Shown piece by piece: positions 21,656 to 32,681 of a stretch of DNA of 64,000 bases. Numbering within the stretch: position 1 is the stretch's first letter; every line of letters begins with the position of its first letter. Under the pieces are notes generated by a model. That model saw only the letters and a list, made by a program, of their open reading frames with translations. It was not told the origin of the DNA and did no database searches. This stretch comes from Naegleria gruberi (lineage: Eukaryota): NCBI GenBank assembly GCA_000004985.1, contig GG738850.1; one strand, written 5' to 3'. The position numbers and the translations under genes are program-made.

Positions 21656-24166
21656 ATGCAGGCATTGTTGAAAAGGAAGAAAGTTGCCAAGTTTAATTTT
21701 AAAATAACAATTCTCCACTTGATGAAATTACCAAAGAGTGGAGTTATATTGTATATAACATGGAAGAGAGGAAAGAAACATAAAGGAGAAACAAAAAAAG
21801 CCTTTGCCAAAGATAAAACAGCATCATGGGAAGAAGAAATTGAATTTAAAGGAACATTGTTTAAAAATTCTAAAGGAAAATATAAGAAGAAGTTTTTGGA
21901 ATTACATCTTCACCAAGTAGGAGATAAAAAGAAGAAGAGTGAGATTGGACACTTATCTATTAATTTAGCAGATTATTCATCTTTGCAAATGGAAAGTCGA
22001 TCCGAAACTAGAACATTTACTGTACCTATGTGGGGAGGATCATCAAATGGTGAATTGAAAATCAAGATTGAAAGTAATCCAAGATTGAAATCCGATCCAA
22101 ATGATTTAACAACATTTACTGATAATACCACCATGACTGATGCTACTGAAGATAGTGAAGAAGATAATCAAGGAGGTTTTAGATCGAAAGGATTTAGAGA
22201 ATATGGTGAGGATGATGATGATCATTTCGGAGAGCATGATGATGAAGAAATTGTAGAAAATGAAGACTTTGATATGGAAGATGATGATAATAGATTTAAT
22301 CGTGAAGATGATGATGTAAGAAGTGGTGGAAGTAATGACCAAGCTAGTGATAGGGAGGATTTCAATAATTCACCTCCTAGAGGTTCTTCTTCAAGAGTGA
22401 CCAGGAGCAGAGATGATTTGAGTGATGGTTTGGATGACGACATGGATGAAGACTTTAATAGTGGAGATGAAGAATTGGATGAAGAACCAGTTGCCAAGAA
22501 ACCAGAACCAAAACCACTTTCAGGTGTTAGTGCCTTTGAAAGAAGAGGTGTTATTGGATCAAGAAATAAGGACAGAAGACGTCAAAATATGAGTTTAACG
22601 AATGAACTTGATTCTGATGCCTTCTTGAAGAATTTGGAAAAAACCAATGAATCAATTCAACAAAGACAGAAGAGAAAAGTCATTGAAGAACCTGTTAAAA
22701 CAAATACTAATAATAATAATGCTTCTGATGATGAAAACAGTATGACTGGAGACGACCAATCAAGTAGCCACAATGAAGAATTGGAAAAAGCCAAGAAGGA
22801 ATTGGAGAAACTTGAAATTAATAGACGAGTAACTGAAGAAAAATTAGCAAAGGCTCAAAAAGAAAACAACGAGAAGAACCTTGTTTTTTATCTAATTACA
22901 GACAAATTACCTGAATATTCACGTGAAATTCCAGTTTCTGCTCCATTGATTTATAAGGCTCTCAAACATTGGGATTCTTTCAAGCCAGAAAATAATTCAT
23001 TAATTTCCAAGATTATTACTGCCCTGACTTCTGTCATTAGAAGTAATGACACTAAATTTGATACATTATGCTATTGGTTATCTGTCATGTTAAGTTTACT
23101 CACCCTTTTACAAAAAGACTTCCCAATTACTCATTCCCACGAACAAGGTGTTCAAGTTGACTTACTCAAGGATTTAGATTTGTCTTCAATCAATGTTGGT
23201 AGTAGAGGTATCCTAGATGATGTTTTGCCATCAAAGGAAACAACTGTTGGATATATTGAAATGTTAGAAGCAGTTGTTAAAACAGTATTAGAATTGGATA
23301 AGGAAAAGGGTATAAGAACAACTAGCATTTCACTTGTTGCTTCAGATAATGGTAATGATGATGACAACTCATTTGCTTTTGAGGGTCCTGTTTCTCAATT
23401 CAAAAAGGATTTATTGGAGTTAATTCATAAGATTTTTGTGATTCTGTACCAAGATGTGATTCGTAAATTACTTCCACTTCTTTTTGAAGGTTTATTTGGT
23501 AAGAATGGGCAACCATCTTCAAATGCTGATGCAAACAAAATTGGAAAAGTACTTGATGAAACATTCAAGCTATTCAAGAATAACTTTATACCAAAGACAT
23601 TCAGAGAACAATTTTTCGGACAAGTATTCTACTTTATTAATTGCTTTGCTTTCAATGCAGTGTATTCACATAAGAGAAATTACTGCAATATGAGTTCTGG
23701 TATTATGTTAAAGATGAGCGTCTCTATATTGGAACTATGGGCTGAAGAAAGAAACTTTGAGTTTTGTACTTCCAAACAATTCACACAAGGAGTTGTTATT
23801 ACAGGAATAGGGATGCTTTTCTTGAGACAAACAGCTGACGTGATGATTACTGCCAAGTCTTCACTTGTTGATAAATCCTCAAGACAATTGGTTTGTCCAT
23901 TGCTTTCTGATACTCAATTGAAAAGAGCTTTGGAAAATTACAAGAAGGACGATTTTGATAATGTTGTTCCTTCATCAGTGCTGAATAATATTCACTCTGA
24001 TAAGAGTAAGCCAAAATATTTATTGAATGGATCCCTTATCTTTAAACCAAACCTCGAGTACCTTTCACAAAATTCCTCATCTCTTAATATTATGAACGAT
24101 GCTATCTTCCAAAACAATATACCTGCACAATTACAGGACGAGGAATTCGATTTCCTCACCAAATAA
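21656..24166 (+). CDS. NT-C2 (N-terminal C2) domain + acidic linker + C-terminal Dilute (DIL, myosin-V cargo-binding-like) domain protein
   Basis: Real ATG at 21656 (the track start at 21650 is TTG). N-terminal KFNFKITILHLMKLPKSG...ITWKRG resembles the EHBP1/EEIG1-type NT-C2 domain. C-terminal region LIYKALKHWDSFKPENNSLISKIITALTSVIRSN...FDTLCYWLSVMLSLLTLLQKDFP resembles a DIL domain. Confidence 0.6.
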   Translation: MQALLKRKKVAKFNFKITILHLMKLPKSGVILYITWKRGKKHKGETKKAFAKDKTASWEEEIEFKGTLFKNSKGKYKKKFLELHLHQVGDKKKKSEIGHLSINLADYSSLQMESRSETRTFTVPMWGGSSNGELKIKIESNPRLKSDPNDLTTFTDNTTMTDATEDSEEDNQGGFRSKGFREYGEDDDDHFGEHDDEEIVENEDFDMEDDDNRFNREDDDVRSGGSNDQASDREDFNNSPPRGSSSRVTRSRDDLSDGLDDDMDEDFNSGDEELDEEPVAKKPEPKPLSGVSAFERRGVIGSRNKDRRRQNMSLTNELDSDAFLKNLEKTNESIQQRQKRKVIEEPVKTNTNNNNASDDENSMTGDDQSSSHNEELEKAKKELEKLEINRRVTEEKLAKAQKENNEKNLVFYLITDKLPEYSREIPVSAPLIYKALKHWDSFKPENNSLISKIITALTSVIRSNDTKFDTLCYWLSVMLSLLTLLQKDFPITHSHEQGVQVDLLKDLDLSSINVGSRGILDDVLPSKETTVGYIEMLEAVVKTVLELDKEKGIRTTSISLVASDNGNDDDNSFAFEGPVSQFKKDLLELIHKIFVILYQDVIRKLLPLLFEGLFGKNGQPSSNADANKIGKVLDETFKLFKNNFIPKTFREQFFGQVFYFINCFAFNAVYSHKRNYCNMSSGIMLKMSVSILELWAEERNFEFCTSKQFTQGVVITGIGMLFLRQTADVMITAKSSLVDKSSRQLVCPLLSDTQLKRALENYKKDDFDNVVPSSVLNNIHSDKSKPKYLLNGSLIFKPNLEYLSQNSSSLNIMNDAIFQNNIPAQLQDEEFDFLTK

Positions 24167-24391
24167 TTGTTGTAATCAACAACAAACAATGTATAAACTA
24201 TAATTTATAATAATCTATTAATAGATGTTTAAATTGTAAATCACAAGAATAAAGTTAATATTGGAAATTGCTTTTAATGATATAAATTATTTCAATGAAT
24301 TAATCAACGACCAAAGATTGATGAGAGCACAGTGTTGTTTCTTCCTTGCTAGGCATTTAGAATAGTTTTATTTTGTAATTTACAATCATGT

Positions 24392-25695
24392 TTAGAGAGA
24401 GTATGATGAACAAACCTTCTCGCACAAGTCAACCAATTCATTATATAGCTCCTTATTTTTGGTAATTGGCAATGGTTCTTTAACTGCACATTGATCAAAG
24501 AATTTACCAGAAATTCCAGAAACATCTTTAGAACAAGCCAAATGGAGGGTGTTTTGACTACCAATTTCCAAATCTACAAAGAAAAAATATTGAATCAATG
24601 AAATCAAAGATTGGAGACCATAAGGAACCTCTCTCGATAATTCTGATTTGATAGCTCCTGGATGGCAAGCATTTACAGTAACTTTGCAATTTGGAGTATT
24701 CTTGATACGTTCATTAAAGTAATAGGTTTGATAAATATTACACAACTTGGTAAAACCATATTGCTTATTCTGGTTGACCAAGAAAAAATTAGAGAATGGT
24801 GTGACTGGCTTTTGTACACGATTCATCAATGTATGAACCTTCTTCTCAGTATTATAAAACTCATAATCCTTAATAAACATGTGAGCATATGAGGAAACAA
24901 TCACAATTCTAGCTCCATTAGGATTACCATTCATATTATTCCACAACAAGTCAACCAACAAATGATGACCCAATACATTCGATTGAAACATCTCCTCATA
25001 TCCTTGAACTGAATACCTTTCCCCTTTTATGAAATTAATTTACCATAAATTCAATTATTAACAAACCTACCTCCTACAGCACATCCTGCATTATTGATAA
25101 GAACATCCAATACTAAACCACCGTGTAAAAATTCCCTAGCACATTCTCTAACACTTTCCAAATTATTGAAATCCAATTTAATGAAATTCAAAGATCCTCC
25201 CTCATAGTTTACTTTCTTTTTCTTAATTTGTGAAATTACCTTTTGTGTCTTTTCTTCATTCCTACAAGCCATATAAACTGTAGCTCCCTGTCTATACAAT
25301 GCCTCAGCAGTATAGGAGCCAATACCTGCACTTGCACCTCTACAATATTTCAAATTATTCACAATGATGACAAATTGACCAAAAATTTAAATCATCACAA
25401 TTACCAGCAGATTTTAAATTCCCAATCAATCAATATTATTATTACTCCATCACCACACAAATAAAACAACGTACGTTATCAAGCAAACCTTTCCTCTCAT
25501 ATCTTCCTTCTCTCCATTAGTTCTCACTCCTCTCGTCATGAAATATTTCAGGAGCATGAGTGAGGATCCGACAATTCCTACTGCTGCTGCTGCTGTGCAA
25601 CCAATGGCAAACTGATGCTTTTCGAGTAGGGCAGAGTAGTAACCACCAGTAGTACTAGCGGCGCCTAGAAGATTGGAAAAATTGAAGAGCGGCAT
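24392..25695 (-). CDS. Short-chain dehydrogenase/reductase (RDH11/12- or WWOX-like SDR) with N-terminal membrane anchor; 3 exons (25695-25475, 25339-25071, 25023-24392)
   Basis: Splicing reconstitutes the canonical SDR motif GKVCLIT|GASAGIG across a 135-nt intron (GTACGT ... AG). A second intron, 25064-25024, has a GTAGGT donor (41 nt). NNAG and the FQSNVLGHHLL region are present. Confidence 0.8.
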
Positions 25696-25775
25696 TTTTT
25701 TTCTAAATGCGCTCGAAAAATTGCCGCTCCAATAATTGATTTCAGAAATATGAAAACTTTATTGTGTCAAACTAA

Positions 25776-26615
25776 CTAAACAACAGGATTTTCTTTGGAT
25801 TTGATTCTCCTTCTCAAAACCAACACGATTACAACAACTGAAATGACAACAATCACCATCAAGCCACTAAATCCAAGAACTGAACCAACTATTGCTCCAG
25901 AAATTACCTCATTTTGGTCATGTGTTGAAAATTCCAACAAACACTGACTGTCCCATGCTTTACATTCAATTTGCAAATAGACAGGAACATGCTTTTCACT
26001 CTTTTTACTTTGTGGAATGTCAATATATTGAGAAATGGTATCAAATCTTGAGATTACCTTTGTTTCCAACTTTGGATCATCTTGCTTATTAAAAGTATAT
26101 CCAATGTTGAGTTTAATTGGTTCATATGGATAGTCATTCTTCACATCAATATATGTTTGTGAATCACCCTTAATTATATTTGAAAAATCCAATCTCAACA
26201 TGCAATTTTCACACATTAGATACGGAGAATTAAATTGAGGTATCTCAAAAACAGGACTGATGGTGCAATTGACACTAAATTCCACATCTGAAGAGAAAAT
26301 CAAATACCACGGTCCTCTATGCAACTTGAGGGAAAAATTGTTGACACTATCTCTATTCTCAATAATGGATTCCCAATTAAATGTCTCATTATTAAAGACA
26401 TTGTGAGAGCTGTACAAATTAACACGAGTACTAGCATTGAAATTTAACAAGTAGGATCCACCACTAATACCCTCCTCCTTTTCACTATTGATTAATTTAT
26501 AGAACATGTTGGAGCGTGTGGAGGAAGCAGCTACTCCGATAGATGATGAGCATACACACAACAGTAATAGAATGGTCAGCAGTAATAAAGAAGTGGTGCA
26601 GTTCAGTGATTTCAT
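25776..26615 (-). CDS. Hypothetical type I membrane glycoprotein (signal peptide, ectodomain, single TM, short basic tail)
   Basis: ATG at 26615. N-terminal LLLLTILLLLCVCSS signal. C-terminal TM AIVGSVLGFSGLMVIVVISVVVIVLVL followed by RRRIKSK. Several N-glycosylation sequons. No family assigned. Confidence 0.4.
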   Translation of the reverse strand: MKSLNCTTSLLLLTILLLLCVCSSSIGVAASSTRSNMFYKLINSEKEEGISGGSYLLNFNASTRVNLYSSHNVFNNETFNWESIIENRDSVNNFSLKLHRGPWYLIFSSDVEFSVNCTISPVFEIPQFNSPYLMCENCMLRLDFSNIIKGDSQTYIDVKNDYPYEPIKLNIGYTFNKQDDPKLETKVISRFDTISQYIDIPQSKKSEKHVPVYLQIECKAWDSQCLLEFSTHDQNEVISGAIVGSVLGFSGLMVIVVISVVVIVLVLRRRIKSKENPVV

Positions 26616-27040
26616 TTTCTTTGGTTAGGAGTTGTGATGTGAAATTTTGCTATTTAAGGCGGAACTTTAATTTTCACTCCAACTCCAACGATTAATTGTA
26701 TCTCACCAACGTTGTTACTGTAAAGGAGAGTTGTTGTTGTTATTGTTGGATTCCATTACAATTCATTGGGGTCTGGATATAGGAGATGACTCATATATAC
26801 ATTAATTCATTATTATAATAACAGCATCTAAAACAACAATTACCAAGTGAAAAAAAAAGAATTGAAATCTATGCAACAACTACACTTGTTGTGGAGTTGG
26901 ATTTATTTGAGGGATTATGAAAATCAAATATTGAATTATAAAAATTGACAACTATTTGTTTATGTGCTCTTTCCACTTAATATGTTGTTTTTCAACTTTA
27001 ACCAATTTCTCTAAAATGGCCGATTTATAGGGTTAGATAG

Positions 27041-28729
27041 ATGGGAACCCCAGATTGGGGTAATGATTTAACACTCAACTATGACACTTGCAATATTATG
27101 TCACTCACACAAAAACAATCAAAAAAAATGAGTAAACGAAATAGACAAGATTTGGAAAATCAATTAATTAATTATTCGGAGGAAAATAATATGGACGAGA
27201 AAGCAAAAAAGGTTTCAATGCAACGACAAGAAATATTTTCAGATGATGTTTGTTTTGAAATAATTTGCATGCTCGATGATTCGTGGTTTATTTTGAATAA
27301 TTGTTCATTGATTTCAAAACAATTCTTTAATGTGATCAAGGAACGTTCAAAACTTGTTATTCAATTTAATCAAAAATTTACAGAAACAAGAATTGAATTA
27401 TTCATGAAAAGTCAATTTATGAATAGTATTGTTCATCTTAAATTTTATAGAAGCTCGCTTGACTCTATAGAACAAGTCAAATTAATAAGTGAAATGAAAC
27501 AATTAAAATTACTTGATATTCGTGGAATTCAAATAGGAGATGAAGGAGCCAAATTTATAAGTGAAATGAAACAATTGAGATCACTTAGTATTTATAACAA
27601 TCAAATTGGTGTAGCAGGAGTCAAATCAATAAGTGAAATGAAACAATTAACATCACTTGCAATTTGTAACAATCGAATTGGTGATGAAGGAGTCAAATTT
27701 ATAAGTGAAATGAAACAATTAACGTCACTTACTATATGTTACAATCAAATTGGTGTTGAAGGAGTAAAATCCATAATTGAAATGAACCAATTAAAATCAC
27801 TTAATATATCTTACAATGAAATTGGAGATGAAGGCGCGAAATCAATATGTGAAATGAAACAATTAACATCACTTAATATATGTGACAATCGAATTGGTGT
27901 AGAAGGAATCAAATCAATATGTGAAATGAAACAATTAACATTACTTAATATATCTAAGAATCAAATTGGTGATGAAGGAGTCAAATTCATAATTGAAATG
28001 AAGCAATTAACGTCACTTGACATATGTTACAATCGAATTGGTGATGAAGGAGCCAAATCCATAAGTGAAATGAAACAATTGAAATCACTTGATATTTATA
28101 ATAATCAAATTAGTGATGAAGGAGTCAAATTTATAAGTGAAATGAAACAATTAACATCACTTGATATTAGTGCAAATGAAATTGGTGTAGAAGGAACCAA
28201 ATCAATATGTGAAATGAAACAATTAACATTACTTAATATATCTAAGAATCAAATTGGTGATGAAGGAGTCAAATTCATAATTGAAATGAAGCAATTAACG
28301 TCACTTGACATATGTTACAATCGAATTGGTGATGAAGGAGCCAAATCCATAAGTGAAATGAAACAATTGAAATCACTTGATATTTATAATAATCAAATTA
28401 GTGATGAAGGAGTCAAATTTATAAGTGAAATGAAACAATTAACATCACTTGATATTAGTGCAAATGAAATTGGCGTTGAAGGAGTCAAATCAATAAGTGA
28501 AATGAAACAATTAACATCACTTAATATTAATAACAATGAAATTGGTGATGAAGGAGCCAAATTTATAAGTGAAATGAAACAATTAACATCACTTAATATA
28601 TGTTACAATCGAATTGGTGTTGAAGGAGTCAAATTAATAGGTGAAATGAAACAATTGAAATCACTTAATATTAATTACCAAAAGACGAAATCTAAGGATT
28701 TGGTATGGATTACAAATGAGACTGCTTAA
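27041..28729 (+). CDS. F-box / RNI-like leucine-rich-repeat protein (about 18 tandem 24-aa LRRs)
   Basis: F-box region IFSDDVCFEIICMLDDSWFILNNCSLISKQFFNVI, followed by 72-nt (24-aa) repeats of consensus SEMKQLTSLDIxxNxIGDEGxKxI. The first ATG, at 27041, may not be the true start. Confidence 0.7.
   Translation: MGTPDWGNDLTLNYDTCNIMSLTQKQSKKMSKRNRQDLENQLINYSEENNMDEKAKKVSMQRQEIFSDDVCFEIICMLDDSWFILNNCSLISKQFFNVIKERSKLVIQFNQKFTETRIELFMKSQFMNSIVHLKFYRSSLDSIEQVKLISEMKQLKLLDIRGIQIGDEGAKFISEMKQLRSLSIYNNQIGVAGVKSISEMKQLTSLAICNNRIGDEGVKFISEMKQLTSLTICYNQIGVEGVKSIIEMNQLKSLNISYNEIGDEGAKSICEMKQLTSLNICDNRIGVEGIKSICEMKQLTLLNISKNQIGDEGVKFIIEMKQLTSLDICYNRIGDEGAKSISEMKQLKSLDIYNNQISDEGVKFISEMKQLTSLDISANEIGVEGTKSICEMKQLTLLNISKNQIGDEGVKFIIEMKQLTSLDICYNRIGDEGAKSISEMKQLKSLDIYNNQISDEGVKFISEMKQLTSLDISANEIGVEGVKSISEMKQLTSLNINNNEIGDEGAKFISEMKQLTSLNICYNRIGVEGVKLIGEMKQLKSLNINYQKTKSKDLVWITNETA
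27890..28470 (+). repeat. Near-perfect 288-bp tandem duplication (4 LRR units, 96 codons) inside the F-box/LRR gene
   Basis: The sequence at about 27913-28200 is repeated identically at 28201-28488 (offset exactly 288 bp). Identity decays only at the flanks. Confidence 0.85.
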
Positions 28730-28860
28730 TCAACCTCACACTTAAAATAACTATTAACATTCTTCCCAATATCTACGGTCAGGTTCTCGACGGAATTGCA
28801 ACCGATTGTGAATTATTTACATTGAGTAAGGTTTGAGGTTAATGAGAGGCTAATAATAAT

Positions 28861-28910
28861 AAAATAATAAAAATAGATTAGAATTATAAAATAATAAAAA
28901 TAGATTAGAA
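28861..28910. repeat. 23-bp direct repeat x2 (AAAATAATAAAAATAGATTAGAA) with 4-bp spacer, immediately upstream of the RCC1-like gene ATG
   Basis: Exact copies at 28861-28883 and 28888-28910. Confidence 0.7.
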
Positions 28911-28914
28911 AAAA

Positions 28915-30231
28915 ATGTCTGATGATCAACAAGAGGACCTTTCACCTTCCCGTCCGACTGAAAAAGAAGTAAAACCACCACCCCTTCGAAAATATGGCAA
29001 TTTGAATGATGTGAGAGAGGCTCATTCGTTCTATGCTGTAGGAAATATGGCAACAATCTTTGTTTTTATGGCACAGAATAATGCAGATAGTTTTGAATTG
29101 ATTGCGTTGGAGGGAGAACAATTTCCTGACGAGGTACGTGATAAGCGTGTGTCGTTGATCTTATCTGGTGGGAGAGCAAGTGGAGTTTATTCAATATTTA
29201 TGATTAGAGGATTGGAAAAGAAAGGTTTCTTGTTGGGAAAGGGAGTTGTGAAATATTTTACATACGAAAGGTTGATGAATGATGTGGATAGTTCAAAATC
29301 GAGGAGATTTAATCGATGTTTGGCTTGTTGTGAGGGATATGTAATTTTAGAGATGGAGGATGAGGAATTGTATATATTTGAAATTGTGGATGAAGTTTTA
29401 AAACCATTTAAATTGGAAAAAAAAGTGAAACTAATTGCTCACAATATGATGTCTAGCACTGTTGCTGTGTATTTTACAGATCATACTTTGAGGATTGTAG
29501 ATTTGACAAATGACAACAAGTTGGGAAATGAAATTGAGTTAATTAATAATTCTCCAATCAAAGTCTTGGCGAAATATGCAGCAGATTTATTTATTTTCGT
29601 TCATCAGGATGATTCCATGTATATTTATAGAAATGATGAGGAAAGTGATGGGTTTGTTAGTATTCCAGACAATGTCACTACTCAAATCAAAACTGAGTTT
29701 TCATCTCCAATCAAACAATTGGTTGCTGGTTATTCACATTTTGTTGTTCTACTTGAAGATGGAAAATGTTATACCAGGTAGGTTATTTTGTAAATGATAT
29801 AGTTGAATTGAATGCTAATTCTCTTTTAATAACCAAGAGGGATGAACAATTATGGTCAAATAGATGGTAAAATGGGTGGTGAGGGCTCTACAGTGACTCA
29901 TTTTCATCCAATTCTTCACAATATTGGAACAGTGCTCTCTGTGAATTGTTCTTCATTATCCACAACTTTGGAAACAGAAAGTGAAATAGTTCTTGTCGGA
30001 GAAGTTTCTCAAACATTCCAAAAGTTAAGTTATCCTTATTGTCAGGGAATGAATAGCTTTTGGGTTCATAGAAAAGAATTCTCAGATGAAACAACTAGCT
30101 TTGGACCTTGGCATGGATTTATTTATAGAGCTAGTTTCCATAATTTACCTTGTAAGACATTACAATATTTCAAAAATAATTTGAGAATGTTGGTAAAGGT
30201 TCCTAAACTTTCTGATATTTCCATTCAATAA
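28915..30231 (+). CDS. RCC1-repeat (regulator of chromosome condensation-like) protein; 2 exons (28915-29780, 29838-30231)
   Basis: A 57-nt intron (GTAGGT ... GCTAAT ... AAG) joins ...DGKCYT|R|GMNNYGQIDGKMGG, which is an RCC1 blade signature. ATG at 28915. Confidence 0.65.
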
Positions 30232-30380
30232 TTGCCTATTAAATTAATTTTACAGCTCCATAAATTTCAAAACTCAAATATTGCGGAAGAACTGTTAAGG
30301 TAAACAACTTACTAACCTCACTCTAACCATGCAAAAAGAGTTTTATTTTATTGTTGTTTTATTGATCATTCCAAAGAAAA

Positions 30381-32681
30381 TCATTCTTCATTGAGGTAAT
30401 TCCAATTGTGAGGATCTGAATTTGGACATTGTGAATTCAGGACAATCTTATCAAACTTTAAGGTGATCAATTGCTGATTAGAGTTAATGACATGCATGAT
30501 ATTTGGTTTAGTACAGAAAGATCCAAGTACCCATCCAACTGTTTGATTGGCCTTTTTGAAGGATAGTTCGTTGTGATCGAAAAGAAGAACGTGGCCCTTT
30601 CCTTCATCTCCAAATCCAAGAATGGCCACAGTTGAGTCATTGATTTCACAAGCTGATTGAGGTGTTGGATGAATTCTAAAGTTCTTTGCCTCAAATGCCA
30701 AAGTAGGAATTGATTTGTCTGGATAGATTATTTTCCATGTCTTTTTCTTTAAATCAAAACAATGAACTTTTGAAAATGATTTCGTAGAGTCACTACCACC
30801 AATTATCAAAAGTGAATTCTTTTCTGGCAAATGAATGGCTGAATGCTGAGAGAGGGGATCAGGTAAATCGTTATGATCCTCTTGTTTAATTTTCTCCCAT
30901 GAAAAAGATGATAAATTCAATAGATACATGTCGTTGAAATATTCGTAAGGACCTCCCTTACAGACTTGTCCACCAAATATCAATATACTATTCAACTTTG
31001 CTATGTAAGTTGCAGAGTGGAAGGCACGTGCAGATGGAACTTCTCCTTTGGTTTTCACATTAATGAGAGAGGCAGCATTGATATCATAGCAAATGACATC
31101 ATTGTACTGATATTGAGAATCAAAACCACCAAATATGAAAACCATATCATTGACACATGTGGCAGAGTGTCCCCACTTGGTTTCTGTGACAAATTTCCCA
31201 CTCGTATTCTTCAACTTTGGCACAGAAACATTTCCAGTATTTACATCAATGAATTGAATCATTTGTCCTGCGGTAGCTCTTGGTCCTCCAATTACAATAA
31301 TTGTATCTTTCCATTGACAAGTGCTTGAGAATATTCTATCACCAATGGCTGCATTATTTACAGAGCTAACAGAAGAAACGAGCTTTTGATTTCTTTGCTT
31401 GGTAGTTGGCAATCTCATAACTCCTCGTACTTTAGGTTGTCTAATATAGAATTCATCATCGCTTGGACATACATTTGTGGTATGATATCTGGACTTACAT
31501 GAACCACATTCCTTAATGGAGTAATAGTTTCTTGTTTGGCCACAAACCAAGTAATAATATTTGAAGAATTCAGGAGGTACTGGATAGAGTGTTTGTTTGG
31601 AACCATAAAATCCACCACCAGTTTCCAAAGTCCTTGGTAGATCGTCCAAAGATTTGATTTCTCCAACTGGTTCAGTACAATACAATGAAGATGGTCTACC
31701 AAATAAACCAACAGTGTATGAATCAGAATCATCAGAATCATCTCCAATCCACCAATAATTTAGAGAAATAGAATTTCCATCTGAGAGTACCATGTGTGGC
31801 CATCCTTTTGGGATGAACATAACATCACCAGGATTCAGTGTGACACGAACAGGATTTGATTTGAAAAAGTTAGGGAAATTCAGTGCGATTTCAGAAGGTT
31901 CCTTAGTGAGATCGATACGTGTTTGTCTATCACTGGTTGGATGATCTTCCTCATTGAGATAGAGTAAGGATTTTTCCTTTGGCTCCCATAAAATCATGTG
32001 TTTCTTTCCAAATATTTGAACGAATAAATTATCTGAATTATCATAGTGAATTGGTGTCAATGATTGATCAGAAGAAATCCACATATTTCTATAAAATTGT
32101 GAACTGCCAATCAATTGACTTTGTAAATTTTCCACATTTCCCAATTTTGATTTGGTTTGTTGTAATTGCCAAAATGCATCTCCCAACACCCGAGTGTCCA
32201 TTTGATAAATGTAGTGTTTCTCATTGGGAGAGAGGAGAAACATTGGTTCCTTTTGTAGCTGTCCTCTCGTTCCAAAGACAAACGAGAGAGCTTGTTCCAA
32301 ACTCATTGAAACAACCTTCCTTTGTGGCGATTGGACATTCTTATATCCATGTCCACCAGGAAACACACCATCAGTGGCAACATATAAATCAACTGTCTGT
32401 CCACCCACTTGTGATCCATAATCCTTCACCAAATCCATAAAATCCTTCATAAAACCATCAACATTAACCAATCCATCAGTCGACTGCTGATCAATCACAT
32501 GTGGTACAGCATGTAAGACCAATCTTTGCAAATTGATATTCTCTCCCCTTTTCTGTTCGGAATTGAAGGGATGAACAGAGAGTGGTTTGGCAGAACATTC
32601 GAGACCTTGCCCGGTGAATTGTTCTAAAAGCCATTTGGAGAGTGAGCTACTACCAGTAACACCTTGATTGGTTTGAACCAT
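30381..32681 (-). CDS. JmjC-domain (Fe(II)/2-oxoglutarate oxygenase) protein with C-terminal Kelch beta-propeller; TYW4/TYW5-like architecture
   Basis: 766-aa single ORF. The JmjC core, TPIHYDNSDNLFVQIFGKKHMILWEP ... NPGDVMFIPKGWPHMV, carries the HxD...H iron ligands. The C-terminal roughly 330 aa has Kelch-like blades (IFGG, VIGGP, LIIGG repeats). The N-terminal roughly 200 aa is unassigned. Confidence 0.65.
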   Translation of the reverse strand: MVQTNQGVTGSSSLSKWLLEQFTGQGLECSAKPLSVHPFNSEQKRGENINLQRLVLHAVPHVIDQQSTDGLVNVDGFMKDFMDLVKDYGSQVGGQTVDLYVATDGVFPGGHGYKNVQSPQRKVVSMSLEQALSFVFGTRGQLQKEPMFLLSPNEKHYIYQMDTRVLGDAFWQLQQTKSKLGNVENLQSQLIGSSQFYRNMWISSDQSLTPIHYDNSDNLFVQIFGKKHMILWEPKEKSLLYLNEEDHPTSDRQTRIDLTKEPSEIALNFPNFFKSNPVRVTLNPGDVMFIPKGWPHMVLSDGNSISLNYWWIGDDSDDSDSYTVGLFGRPSSLYCTEPVGEIKSLDDLPRTLETGGGFYGSKQTLYPVPPEFFKYYYLVCGQTRNYYSIKECGSCKSRYHTTNVCPSDDEFYIRQPKVRGVMRLPTTKQRNQKLVSSVSSVNNAAIGDRIFSSTCQWKDTIIVIGGPRATAGQMIQFIDVNTGNVSVPKLKNTSGKFVTETKWGHSATCVNDMVFIFGGFDSQYQYNDVICYDINAASLINVKTKGEVPSARAFHSATYIAKLNSILIFGGQVCKGGPYEYFNDMYLLNLSSFSWEKIKQEDHNDLPDPLSQHSAIHLPEKNSLLIIGGSDSTKSFSKVHCFDLKKKTWKIIYPDKSIPTLAFEAKNFRIHPTPQSACEINDSTVAILGFGDEGKGHVLLFDHNELSFKKANQTVGWVLGSFCTKPNIMHVINSNQQLITLKFDKIVLNSQCPNSDPHNWNYLNEE

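Noticed and set aside
27041-28729. 72-bp periodic repeats might resemble a CRISPR-like array
   Set aside because: The repeats are in-frame coding LRR units in a eukaryotic gene with no spacer and repeat alternation, so this is not CRISPR.
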